A program made the translations under genes and the position numbers. The notes beneath the pieces were generated by a model. It worked only from the letters and a program-made list of their open reading frames with translations, ran no database searches and was not told the origin of the DNA. Positions 17,190-24,960 of a stretch of 35,464 nt of DNA are shown in pieces (positions within the stretch are counted from its first letter, which is position 1; each line of letters opens with the position of its first letter). The stretch is from Candidatus Dadabacteria bacterium RIFCSPHIGHO2_12_FULL_53_21 (GTDB taxonomy: Bacteria > Desulfobacterota_D > UBA1144 > Nemesobacterales > UBA2774): NCBI GenBank assembly GCA_001775255.1, contig MFCJ01000073.1, positions 1 to 35,464 on the forward strand. Reading direction: 5' to 3'.

Positions 17190-19949
17190 TTATTCGCTTA
17201 TTGCCGGAATTTTTGAATACATCTCCCAGTGGAGGTCGACCTTTCCGCCCAGGTTCTCAACTATGCGCCGCGAGCCGAGGTTGTCTTCCAGAACCCATGT
17301 GCCGGCCACCTTCTCGTACCCGTTCCCGATCATCGCCTCACAGACCCTGCTGAGGAGGACGGTGCCGATCCTCCTTCCCTTGAATTCGTCCATGAGACCC
17401 ATGATCATTAATACGCCTTCCCTGATCCCCCTTAACCGGAGGGGCAGCGTTACGAGCTTGTGGGGTTTCAGCTCCCCGTTTAATCCCCTGAATACGGAAG
17501 CGTATTGCGGGAATCCCCCTATGAAACCTATTGCTTCGCCCCCGGACTCCGCGATAAGCCAGTATTCGGGATCGATCAGACTCTTGAACTCGTCCGCGAT
17601 CTCTATGAACTCATCGGCGTCGAACGGGACATTGCCCCAGAGCTGAGCGAGGGAATTGTTGAATATCCTGACCACGCTCCTGACCTCGTTCGCCCAGTCG
17701 GATTTGTTCATCCGCCTTATCTTTACATCCGGCAGCTCCGATTCCCGGGAGTATTTCATTATCGCTTTCACGTTATCGGGGGATTTAAGGTCTATCGTGT
17801 AATGCAGGAGTTTTTTAACCGGCCCGAACCCCGCATTCGTGAAATAGTCGTGGTAGTAGGGCTGTGTGTATACCTGGAGGAAGGACGGTATCTTCCCGTA
17901 GTTGCTCGAGAGCAGGCCGCCGCCGAAGAGTCCGAATATCCCGTTTGCCGGTCCTTGTATCTCCGTACACCCCTCTCTTACGAGAAATTCCCCGGCTTTG
18001 GCAAGGAGAAGGCCGACCGCTTCATCTTTGTCCGGGAGGGCTTCGAAGAACCCCAAGAACCCGACGTTGGTATCGTGATAACGGTTGTAGTAATTGTCTA
18101 TGAACGCGCTTACGGTGCCGACTATCTCTCCTCTCTCCTCGACAACGAACCTCTTCCCGTAAACCTTCCTGAAGTAGAAATAATCGTTCGAAATTAGCTT
18201 AACGTGGTCTTTTATAAGGAAGTAGGGGACCCACGCCGGGTAATCCTTATAAACCTTCCATGAGAACCTGACTGACCTTTCGATCTCGTCTTTGGAGGAT
18301 ATTTCTCTCACGGTGTATTTTTCGTCTTCGGGCACGCTGAGTGAGACCGGCCTGCCTATTATCCCGAATTCCCTCCCCAGCTTCTCGACCACTTCGAGCG
18401 TCCTGTCGATGTCTTCGCGGGTGTGTGTGGCCATAAGGCTGAACCTGAACCTCTCCTGCCCCTTAGGCACGGCAGGGTGCGGTATCGCGTTTACGTATAT
18501 CCCTTCCTCGTGGAACCTCTTGCTCATCTTTTTCTGCGTGAGCTCGTCGCCGGTCATTACCGGGATGATCGCCGACTCGGTCTGTCCCGTGTTGAATCCC
18601 AGGGATTTCAGGCTTTCCTTCATGTACTTGATATTTTTCCAGAGGTTCTCGTGGAGAGACTTGTCGGTTTCCATTACTTCGATCGCGGCTAGTACGGAGG
18701 CTGCGACCGAGGGGGGGAAATTGGACGAGAAGAAAAAGGACCTGGTGTAGTATCTGAGGTAGCTTACTACTTCTTTTGTCGAGGCTATGAAGCCGCCGAT
18801 GCCGCCCAGGGATTTGCTCAGCGTGCCCATTATGATATCTATCTCGCCGGGCTTCATTTTGAAATGGCTGGGCGTCCCCTTTCCCCTGTCCCCTATGACA
18901 CCCGTGGCGTGAGCTTCGTCCACCATGACCTTGGCGCCGTACCTGTGGGCGGTCTCCGCGATCTGCCGGAGCGGGGCTATGTCCCCGTCCATGCTGTATA
19001 CGCCGTCCACTATCACGATCTTTCCTTTAAAATTGTCTTTATTTCTTTTTAATACGTTTTCGAGGCTCCCGACGTCCGAGTGTTTGAACGTCCTGAACGT
19101 GCCCGTAGACAGCATGCAGCCGTCTATAATGCTCGCGTGAGCGAGTCTGTCTATGACCGCGAGGTCTTCGCTCTTTACGAGGGCCTGTATGGATCCGAGG
19201 TTCGTGACGTAGCCGCTCGGAAAGATTATCGCGTCCTCGGCTCCCTTGAGCTCAGCGAGTTTCATTTCCAGCTGCCTGTGTATGTCGAACGACCCTGCCA
19301 GGAGCGGGACCGAGCCTGCGCCCGCACCGTATTTATCGATATTTTCTTTGGCTATTTTCATGACCCTCGGATGAGATGTGAGCCCGAGGTAGTTGTTGCT
19401 CCCCATCATGATCATCTCTTTTTTCTTTCCGGTAAAGTCGTCGTCGATGATCACTCTGTGCGCCGAGGGCGACGCCAGGGGTCTTCTGTACCGTATATAC
19501 CCCTTCGACGCCATGTCTAGTCCGTACTGCCAGAATACCTCTGCCTTTTTAAACAGGTCCTCGTCCGGTATATCTGCGAAATCGGATAGATAATAGTCGT
19601 CGGAATTGAGAGTGTGTTTACTCTTTTCGATGTAGCTCTGTAATTTTGCCCTGTCCGAATCGTATATGTTTATGAATTCGACCCCGATACCGTGCTCGCC
19701 CGTACCGTTCGTTTCGATCCTCTTTACTTCACAGTAGGCCTTGACGGGAAATGCCCCGGATAAATCACATTCGAGAAGGAGTTTTGTACCAGGCTTGAAT
19801 TCGTCTTCAGTTTGTATGAATAGTCCTTTGTAAGAGAGGTCTTTTGCCAAGCCGATCATCATGCCGGAATTTTTTGAATAGACATGAAAATTTACAGGGA
19901 TCCTTTCATGGCTCCTCCGGTCTTTTGATTCCCTGATAATTATCCCCAT
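17190..19949 (-). CDS. Three-domain fusion: PilZ (c-di-GMP receptor) - alpha-oxoamine synthase (class-II PLP aminotransferase; BioF/Kbl/SPT/CqsA family) - large GNAT-type N-acyltransferase region
   Basis: 919 aa.
- Residues ~8-100 carry both PilZ signatures: RxxxR (RRSHER), then DxSxxG (DLSYKG) 22 aa later.
- Residues ~150-535 carry alpha-oxoamine synthase motifs: MGSNNYLGL, DEAHATGVIG, SMDGD and the PLP-lysine motif GTLSKSLGGIGGF.
- Residues ~545-919 are a separate region ending in GNAT motif A (FKGRRIGTVLLSRVCEAM...GYEKV).
SD GAGGGGG lies upstream of the ATG. Confidence 0.85.
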   Translation of the reverse strand: MGIIIRESKDRRSHERIPVNFHVYSKNSGMMIGLAKDLSYKGLFIQTEDEFKPGTKLLLECDLSGAFPVKAYCEVKRIETNGTGEHGIGVEFINIYDSDRAKLQSYIEKSKHTLNSDDYYLSDFADIPDEDLFKKAEVFWQYGLDMASKGYIRYRRPLASPSAHRVIIDDDFTGKKKEMIMMGSNNYLGLTSHPRVMKIAKENIDKYGAGAGSVPLLAGSFDIHRQLEMKLAELKGAEDAIIFPSGYVTNLGSIQALVKSEDLAVIDRLAHASIIDGCMLSTGTFRTFKHSDVGSLENVLKRNKDNFKGKIVIVDGVYSMDGDIAPLRQIAETAHRYGAKVMVDEAHATGVIGDRGKGTPSHFKMKPGEIDIIMGTLSKSLGGIGGFIASTKEVVSYLRYYTRSFFFSSNFPPSVAASVLAAIEVMETDKSLHENLWKNIKYMKESLKSLGFNTGQTESAIIPVMTGDELTQKKMSKRFHEEGIYVNAIPHPAVPKGQERFRFSLMATHTREDIDRTLEVVEKLGREFGIIGRPVSLSVPEDEKYTVREISSKDEIERSVRFSWKVYKDYPAWVPYFLIKDHVKLISNDYFYFRKVYGKRFVVEERGEIVGTVSAFIDNYYNRYHDTNVGFLGFFEALPDKDEAVGLLLAKAGEFLVREGCTEIQGPANGIFGLFGGGLLSSNYGKIPSFLQVYTQPYYHDYFTNAGFGPVKKLLHYTIDLKSPDNVKAIMKYSRESELPDVKIRRMNKSDWANEVRSVVRIFNNSLAQLWGNVPFDADEFIEIADEFKSLIDPEYWLIAESGGEAIGFIGGFPQYASVFRGLNGELKPHKLVTLPLRLRGIREGVLMIMGLMDEFKGRRIGTVLLSRVCEAMIGNGYEKVAGTWVLEDNLGSRRIVENLGGKVDLHWEMYSKIPAISE

Positions 19950-20064
19950 GATATTACCCCCTCTGCAAAATTATTTTCGCATCGCCCTTTAAGTTAGTTA
20001 AGATAATTGTTTATAGCTTTGTTATAATAATCCTCGAATATTAGAATTATTGCAAGTATGCTTT

Positions 20065-20160
20065 CTTCGGTAACCCAACCGCCATAGACCCTGCCAAATA
20101 GTCCTTAGGCTTGTGGCTTTGCGTCCTACCCTTTCGGATAGTTTGCCGTTTCGGAAGGTC
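20065..20160 (-). promoter_or_regulatory. c-di-GMP-I (GEMM-I) riboswitch aptamer
   Basis: Reverse strand: GACCUUCCGAAACGGCAAACUAUCCGAAAGGGUAGGACGCAAAGCCACAAGCCUAAGGACUAUUUGGCAGGGUCUAUGGCGGUUGGGUUACCGAAG.
- Conserved GEMM-I blocks are GGCAAAC, GGACGCAAAGCC and GGGUUACCGA.
- The hairpin CUAUCC-GAAA-GGGUAG is capped by a GAAA tetraloop.
- The second helix carries both halves of the 11-nt tetraloop receptor (CCUAAG / UAUGG).
- It lies about 115 nt upstream of the ATG at 19949. Confidence 0.9.
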
Positions 20161-20176
20161 ACTACCCTTTTTTGGA

Positions 20177-20205
20177 AGTTTAGTGCAATTTGTTTTTTGT
20201 TTCAA
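20177..20205 (-). promoter_or_regulatory. Candidate sigma70-type promoter for the riboswitch-led operon
   Basis: Reverse strand reads TTGAAA-N17-TAAACT, ending about 16 nt upstream of the aptamer. Sequence match only. Confidence 0.4.
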
Positions 20206-20508
20206 TAGGTTATATAAAACGGATGAAATTGTTATGAAAAATATAATTAACTGCCATGATAAAGACGCCCGTGTTATAATGTGCCCTTCTTTATTTATAT
20301 CAGTTCCGACCCGCCGGTGGCTGGATTATCTAATTTAATCAATTAATGACCCGGAAATAGTTTACCCGAATATTAATGGTCGAAAAAAATTTAGAGACGA
20401 ATGAAAAATCATGTAGGTGTGGCGATCACAGACGAAGGCTTGTGTCCGGCGCAGGCAAATACAGCAGGGTGACAGAATGAATTTCTGAGCTTATTGATCT
20501 ACACGGGT

Positions 20509-21579
20509 TTAAATTCGGGCGACTCTCGACATGAGCAGATGATCGGCGAGAACGAGGTTGACCATCGCTTCCGCTATAGGCACTGCCCTCGGGCACAGGC
20601 ACGGGTCGTGCCTGCCCTTTACCTTGAGCTCTTTGGGGTTTCCGAATTTATCGACAGTATGCTGAACTTTGGAGATGGACGAGGTGGGCTTGATGGCTAT
20701 TCTCACGACGAGGTCCTCGCCGTTCGTGATTCCGCCGAGCAGGCCTCCCGCGTTATTCGTTTTAAACCTGAGACTTCCCGCTTTGTCCTTATACATCACG
20801 TCGTTCACCTGAGAACCCTTCTTCCTCGACGCTTCGAACCCCATGCCTACTTCGAACCCCCTGATTCCGCCCAGGCTCATGAGAGCCGAAGCGAGGTCGG
20901 CGTCCAGTTTATTGAATACCGGGCTTCCGAGACCCGGCGGAAGTCCTTTCGATATTACCTCCACCGTCCCCCCGACCGAGTCCCCTTCTTTCCTCACCTT
21001 TTCTATGAGCTCTATCATTTCGGCCGCCTTTTCGGCATCGGGGCATCTTACTATGTTTCTCTCTATCTCGTCGAGGTCTATTTTCCGGGCGACGATTTTT
21101 CCGACTTGTCTCACGAAGCCGAATGTCTCGATACCGTTCAGATTGAGTATCTTTTTCGCGACCGCTCCGGCGGCGACCCTTCCGACTGTCTCCCTAGCCG
21201 AAGACCTGCCGCCGCCCCTATAGTCCCTTATTCCGAATTTCGCGTCGTAGGTGTAATCGGCGTGTCCGGGTCGGTAAGTGTCTTTTATATCCTCGTACGC
21301 TTTAGATATAACGTCCTCGTTCCTGACCATGAGCGATATGGGTGTGCCGAGCGTTTTTCCTTCGAATACCCCCGAGAGAATCTCGACGCTGTCCGACTCT
21401 TTCCTCTGTGTGGTTATCTTGCTCTGTCCGGGACGCCTGCGGTCGAGCTCCATCTGTATATCTTCTTTCGATATCTCGAGACCCGCCGGGCATCCGTCGA
21501 TGACGACCCCGAGGGCAAGACCATGGGATTCGCCCCAGGTCGTTATGCGAAACAGTTGTCCGAATGAATTTCCAGGCAT
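20509..21579 (-). CDS. aroC: Chorismate synthase
   Basis: 356 aa. N-terminus MPGNSFGQLFRITTWGESHG, plus GGGRSSARET and RHDPC motifs. Confidence 0.95.
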   Translation of the reverse strand: MPGNSFGQLFRITTWGESHGLALGVVIDGCPAGLEISKEDIQMELDRRRPGQSKITTQRKESDSVEILSGVFEGKTLGTPISLMVRNEDVISKAYEDIKDTYRPGHADYTYDAKFGIRDYRGGGRSSARETVGRVAAGAVAKKILNLNGIETFGFVRQVGKIVARKIDLDEIERNIVRCPDAEKAAEMIELIEKVRKEGDSVGGTVEVISKGLPPGLGSPVFNKLDADLASALMSLGGIRGFEVGMGFEASRKKGSQVNDVMYKDKAGSLRFKTNNAGGLLGGITNGEDLVVRIAIKPTSSISKVQHTVDKFGNPKELKVKGRHDPCLCPRAVPIAEAMVNLVLADHLLMSRVARI

Positions 21580-21634
21580 GGTAAGAGTTTATATTAACGT
21601 GATAATCGCTACAAACAAGGGCAAGTGCGCAAAA

Positions 21635-22618
21635 TCAGAGATAACCGTTTTCCTTAAACCACTTTACGGTGCTTTCTATCGTTTGCTCGAGAGGCCTGGG
21701 GGAGAACCCCAGCTCCCGCACCGCCTTTGAATTATCGAAATACCAGAAGTGCTTCGACCCCTTTACGGAGTCTATGTCCATGGCGACGTAGTTGGGGGCG
21801 GATATGCCGAGTATACGCTCGGCGATATAGGCGCCCATGTAAGCGAGCGGGTAGGGTATCTTCATCCTGGGCCTCGGGATTCCCGTTACCTTCTCTATAA
21901 CCTCGAAGAGCTCTTTGATCGTGATGTTGCGGTTGCTCAGTATGTAGCGCTCCCCGAGCCTGCCCTTCTCGGCCGCGAGGAGGTGACCCAGGGCCACGTC
22001 TTCGGCGTCGACAACGTTAATGCCTCCGTCCGTATATCCCGGAAGCCGCCCCTTGCAGTACCAGAGTATAAATCCGGAGGTCGAGACGTAGACGTCTCCT
22101 GCGCCTATCACTATGGAAGGGTTAACGATTACGAGCGGCAGGCCTTTCCTGAAAAATTTCAGGGCTTCCTCTTCGGCATAATATTTCGATTTTATATACT
22201 GGATGTCAGTGCTTTCGGGGTCAAACGGGGTCTCTTCGTCGGCTACCCCCTTCCCGGGTTTTAACCCTATCGCCGCTACGCTGCTGGTATATACGGCTTT
22301 CTTAACCCCTGCCTCGAGAGCCGCCGTGAATACGTTGTTCGTTCCCTTGACGTTAATATCTTCCATCTTTTTATAGTCGGCCTGCTTGAACGATACGATT
22401 CCCGCCGCGTGGTAAATCGTATCGCAGCCTTCTATCGCTTTCCTGATGGAGTCTATATCGGTTACGTCTCCGTAAACCCTCTCGGCATTTAGATCGTCGA
22501 TATTTATCGTTTTACTGGTCTTTCTGAGGAGTATCCTTAACTTGTCTCCCCTCTCCGCCAGTTTTCTCGCTATGTGAGAGCCCAGGAGGCCGGTCGCCCC
22601 TGTAACCAGTGTAGCCAT
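21635..22618 (-). CDS. NAD(P)-dependent epimerase/dehydratase-family SDR (HpnA / dihydroflavonol-reductase-like)
   Basis: 327 aa. Rossmann motif VTGATGLLGSHI, then YTSS and a YxxxK catalytic pair (YIKSK). Confidence 0.8.
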   Translation of the reverse strand: MATLVTGATGLLGSHIARKLAERGDKLRILLRKTSKTINIDDLNAERVYGDVTDIDSIRKAIEGCDTIYHAAGIVSFKQADYKKMEDINVKGTNNVFTAALEAGVKKAVYTSSVAAIGLKPGKGVADEETPFDPESTDIQYIKSKYYAEEEALKFFRKGLPLVIVNPSIVIGAGDVYVSTSGFILWYCKGRLPGYTDGGINVVDAEDVALGHLLAAEKGRLGERYILSNRNITIKELFEVIEKVTGIPRPRMKIPYPLAYMGAYIAERILGISAPNYVAMDIDSVKGSKHFWYFDNSKAVRELGFSPRPLEQTIESTVKWFKENGYL

Positions 22619-22816
22619 GTGGAATCCTCCCGACGTGCTTAGAGAATTTCATATTACAATAGACACCGCCGAAAAACAATGGACTCGGTATCCCCGGTTA
22701 CATCAATCACGGGGATTCTTGATAATACCGGTTTAGAAACATTGAGAACCATTCATATCGGGGTATATTTTTACTGCCGGGTAGTATATGTGGTTATTAG
22801 TTCAAGAGAGGCCGAG

Positions 22817-23455
22817 ATGGAATTGGAAGAACTCCTTAAAGACAGGGAATACGAAGAGGGCGAGAAGCGTCTCGAAAGGGCATTGGTCATCGCCGAGAGG
22901 GAATGGGAGAAGGTGAGGCTGTCCCTGGGGGAGTGCGGCGATATCGGCGGCTTCGATAAAGAGGACTTCATGATCGGGGTCATTAAAGAGGACGTAATTA
23001 TCAGGGAGCCGCTCATTAGTCCCACGAAGTCTGTGTCCGTATACGCCCCCACGTTTTATCCCATGTACTTTATTAACAACCTCCTCTCTATGGAAGAAAA
23101 ATTCGCTGAACGGGGATATTCGACCTCGGAGGCGCTTTACGTTTTCATCGAGCTTGCGGCCAAGGCTTCGGAGAGGCTCGGCTTGAACGGCACCTTCGCC
23201 ATGGCTTTCGGGGCCGGGTACGGGAGTGTCCGCACCGGGTGGGTCGCCGAAAAGGGCCTCCCTGTCGAGAGAGAAATATTCTTCGATATGTTTTTCAAAA
23301 GCAGGAAAAAGGATTACGACTGGGATTTCTACTGTACACCTGTAAGGGAAAGACTCAGGGAGATACTGAGCAGGTTCCGGGCCTGGCAGGAAGACGAGGA
23401 CCTCTTCCATAGGGAAGTGAAGTCGAAGGCCGTAGTCATACCCATGATGGTTTGA
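22817..23455 (+). CDS. Hypothetical 212-aa protein
   Basis: Start chosen at MELEELLKD (ATG 22817, SD AGAGAGG upstream) rather than the tracked 22679 start. No recognisable motif. Confidence 0.5.
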   Translation: MELEELLKDREYEEGEKRLERALVIAEREWEKVRLSLGECGDIGGFDKEDFMIGVIKEDVIIREPLISPTKSVSVYAPTFYPMYFINNLLSMEEKFAERGYSTSEALYVFIELAAKASERLGLNGTFAMAFGAGYGSVRTGWVAEKGLPVEREIFFDMFFKSRKKDYDWDFYCTPVRERLREILSRFRAWQEDEDLFHREVKSKAVVIPMMV

Positions 23456-23463
23456 AAAGAACC

Positions 23464-23486
23464 GATCCGCCGGATTCCCGCGGATC
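23464..23486. terminator. Hairpin between convergent genes (possible bidirectional terminator)
   Basis: Perfect 7-bp inverted repeat GATCCGC-N9-GCGGATC, between the stop of the 212-aa ORF and the stop of dnaB. There is no clear U-tract. Confidence 0.3.
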
Positions 23487-23516
23487 TCCGCTGCACATCC
23501 TGCTTATGCCGATCAA

Positions 23517-24875
23517 TCACTCGTAATCGTCCGTGTATTCTTCCGAGAGGTCTTTAAAGGTCGGGACCCCCCTCGAGCTGTCGAGGAAGGTGAGTTTCAC
23601 CGTTCCCGTCGGGCCGTTTCTCTGCTTGCCTATAATAAGCTCCGCTATGCCGTCCTTCTCCTCGGGTGTTTTCCTGTAGGCGTCGGCCCTGTGGATGAAC
23701 ATTACGAGGTCTGCGTCCTGCTCTATGGCGCCGCTCTCCCGGAGGTCCGCCAGCTGCGGGCGCCTGTCCGACCGTGACTCTGTCTGTCTGCTGAGCTGTG
23801 ATACCGCGATTACGGGCACGCTCAGCTCCTTCGCGAGCGCTTTAAGAGAGCCGGAAATTTCGGCGATCTCCCGCTCCCTCGTCTCCGTCCTCCTCGTGCC
23901 GCGCATGAGCTGGAGGTAATCGACTATTATTAAATCGAGACCCTTATCCCTCTTCTGCCTCCTGGCCTTGGCGCGTATCTCCATGACGCTTATAGCGGGC
24001 GTATCGTCTATATAAACCTTCGCCCGGCTGAACTCCTCGGCTGCCTTTACGAGCCCTTCCAGGTCTTCGTCCTTGATATAGCCGCTCCTTATGTTCGAAT
24101 AGCTGACGAGTGCTTTCATCGAAAGCAGCCTCAGCATGAGCTGCTCCTTGGTCATTTCGAGCGAGAATATGCCGACCGACGCGTCGCAGTCTATTGCCGC
24201 GTGCGAGGCAATGTTGAGGCAGAGGGAGGTCTTCCCGAGCCCCGGTCTCGCCGCCACTATGACGAGGTCCGCCTTTTGGAGCCCCGAAGTCAGGTAGTCG
24301 AGCTTCTCAAACCCCGTGGGTATCCCCGTGACGAGCTCTTTCCTCGCGTGGAGCATCTCTATTATATCGAGCGCCTTGGCCGCGAGGTCCCTCGAATCGT
24401 AGAAGCTGGGCTTGATTTTATTCTGCGCTATGTCGAGTATCTTGTGCTCTGCCCTGTCTATGAATTCGTCGATATCCGCGACACCTTCGTTACCCTGATG
24501 CGCGATGTCGCTCGCGGCCATCACGAGGTTTCTTATTATCGACTTCTCCTTGACCAGCTTCGCGTAGTAGCTCACGTTCTCCGTCGCGGGCACGATCTCC
24601 GTCAGGTATGTGAGGTAGCTGCTCTCGCCCACTTCCTCGAGCAGGTTCCCGTTCCCCTTCAGGTAATCGAAGAGCGTAAGGAGGTCTATAGGCTTGCTGT
24701 CCCTGTCGAGATCGATCATGGCGTTATATATCTTCCTGTGCGCCTCTTTATAAAAATCTTCGGCGGTCAGTATTTCCATGACCTGGTTTATCGCCGAGCT
24801 CTCTATGAGAATAGCGCCAAGAACGGCCTGTTCCGCTTCCAGATTCTGGGGGAGCTGACGTGTGAGCATCTCCAT
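23517..24875 (-). CDS. dnaB: Replicative DNA helicase DnaB
   Basis: 452 aa. N-terminus PQNLEAEQAVLGAIL, Walker A AARPGLGKTS, then IVDYLQLM and QLSRQTE motifs. Confidence 0.95.
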   Translation of the reverse strand: MEMLTRQLPQNLEAEQAVLGAILIESSAINQVMEILTAEDFYKEAHRKIYNAMIDLDRDSKPIDLLTLFDYLKGNGNLLEEVGESSYLTYLTEIVPATENVSYYAKLVKEKSIIRNLVMAASDIAHQGNEGVADIDEFIDRAEHKILDIAQNKIKPSFYDSRDLAAKALDIIEMLHARKELVTGIPTGFEKLDYLTSGLQKADLVIVAARPGLGKTSLCLNIASHAAIDCDASVGIFSLEMTKEQLMLRLLSMKALVSYSNIRSGYIKDEDLEGLVKAAEEFSRAKVYIDDTPAISVMEIRAKARRQKRDKGLDLIIVDYLQLMRGTRRTETREREIAEISGSLKALAKELSVPVIAVSQLSRQTESRSDRRPQLADLRESGAIEQDADLVMFIHRADAYRKTPEEKDGIAELIIGKQRNGPTGTVKLTFLDSSRGVPTFKDLSEEYTDDYE

Positions 24876-24960
24876 GACTATCTATATTAAATCACTTGTT
24901 CAGATGTTTTCAACTGAGGGGGTTTAAAAAGAAAGCACAAGGGCGGCTTACGGAGCGGGC

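Noticed and set aside
20065-20160. Possibility that the aptamer is a 3'3'-cGAMP (GEMM-Ib) or c-di-GMP-II type
   Set aside because: The position aligned with Vc2 G20 is G, not A. The sequence has the GEMM-I tetraloop/receptor architecture, not the c-di-GMP-II pseudoknot motifs. Ligand specificity still needs experimental testing.
20111-20338. 75-aa + strand ORF in the long spacer
   Set aside because: It has a TTG-type start and no SD. It overlaps the complement of the riboswitch aptamer, and its composition is typical of AT-rich non-coding DNA.
20494-21567. 357-aa + strand ORF
   Set aside because: It mirrors aroC almost exactly on the opposite strand. The aroC frame has the diagnostic chorismate synthase motifs.
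22690-22716. 7-bp inverted repeat ATCCCCG-N13-CGGGGAT upstream of the 212-aa ORF
   Set aside because: It is real in the sequence, but it is short, isolated and of unknown strand relevance. It is noted without a functional call.
24201-24890. 229-aa + strand ORF
   Set aside because: It is antisense to dnaB. The same reasoning applies to 17505-18197, 19080-19520, 12970-13656, 7190-7714, 7718-8206, 29618-30262, 31046-31546 and 22802-23410.
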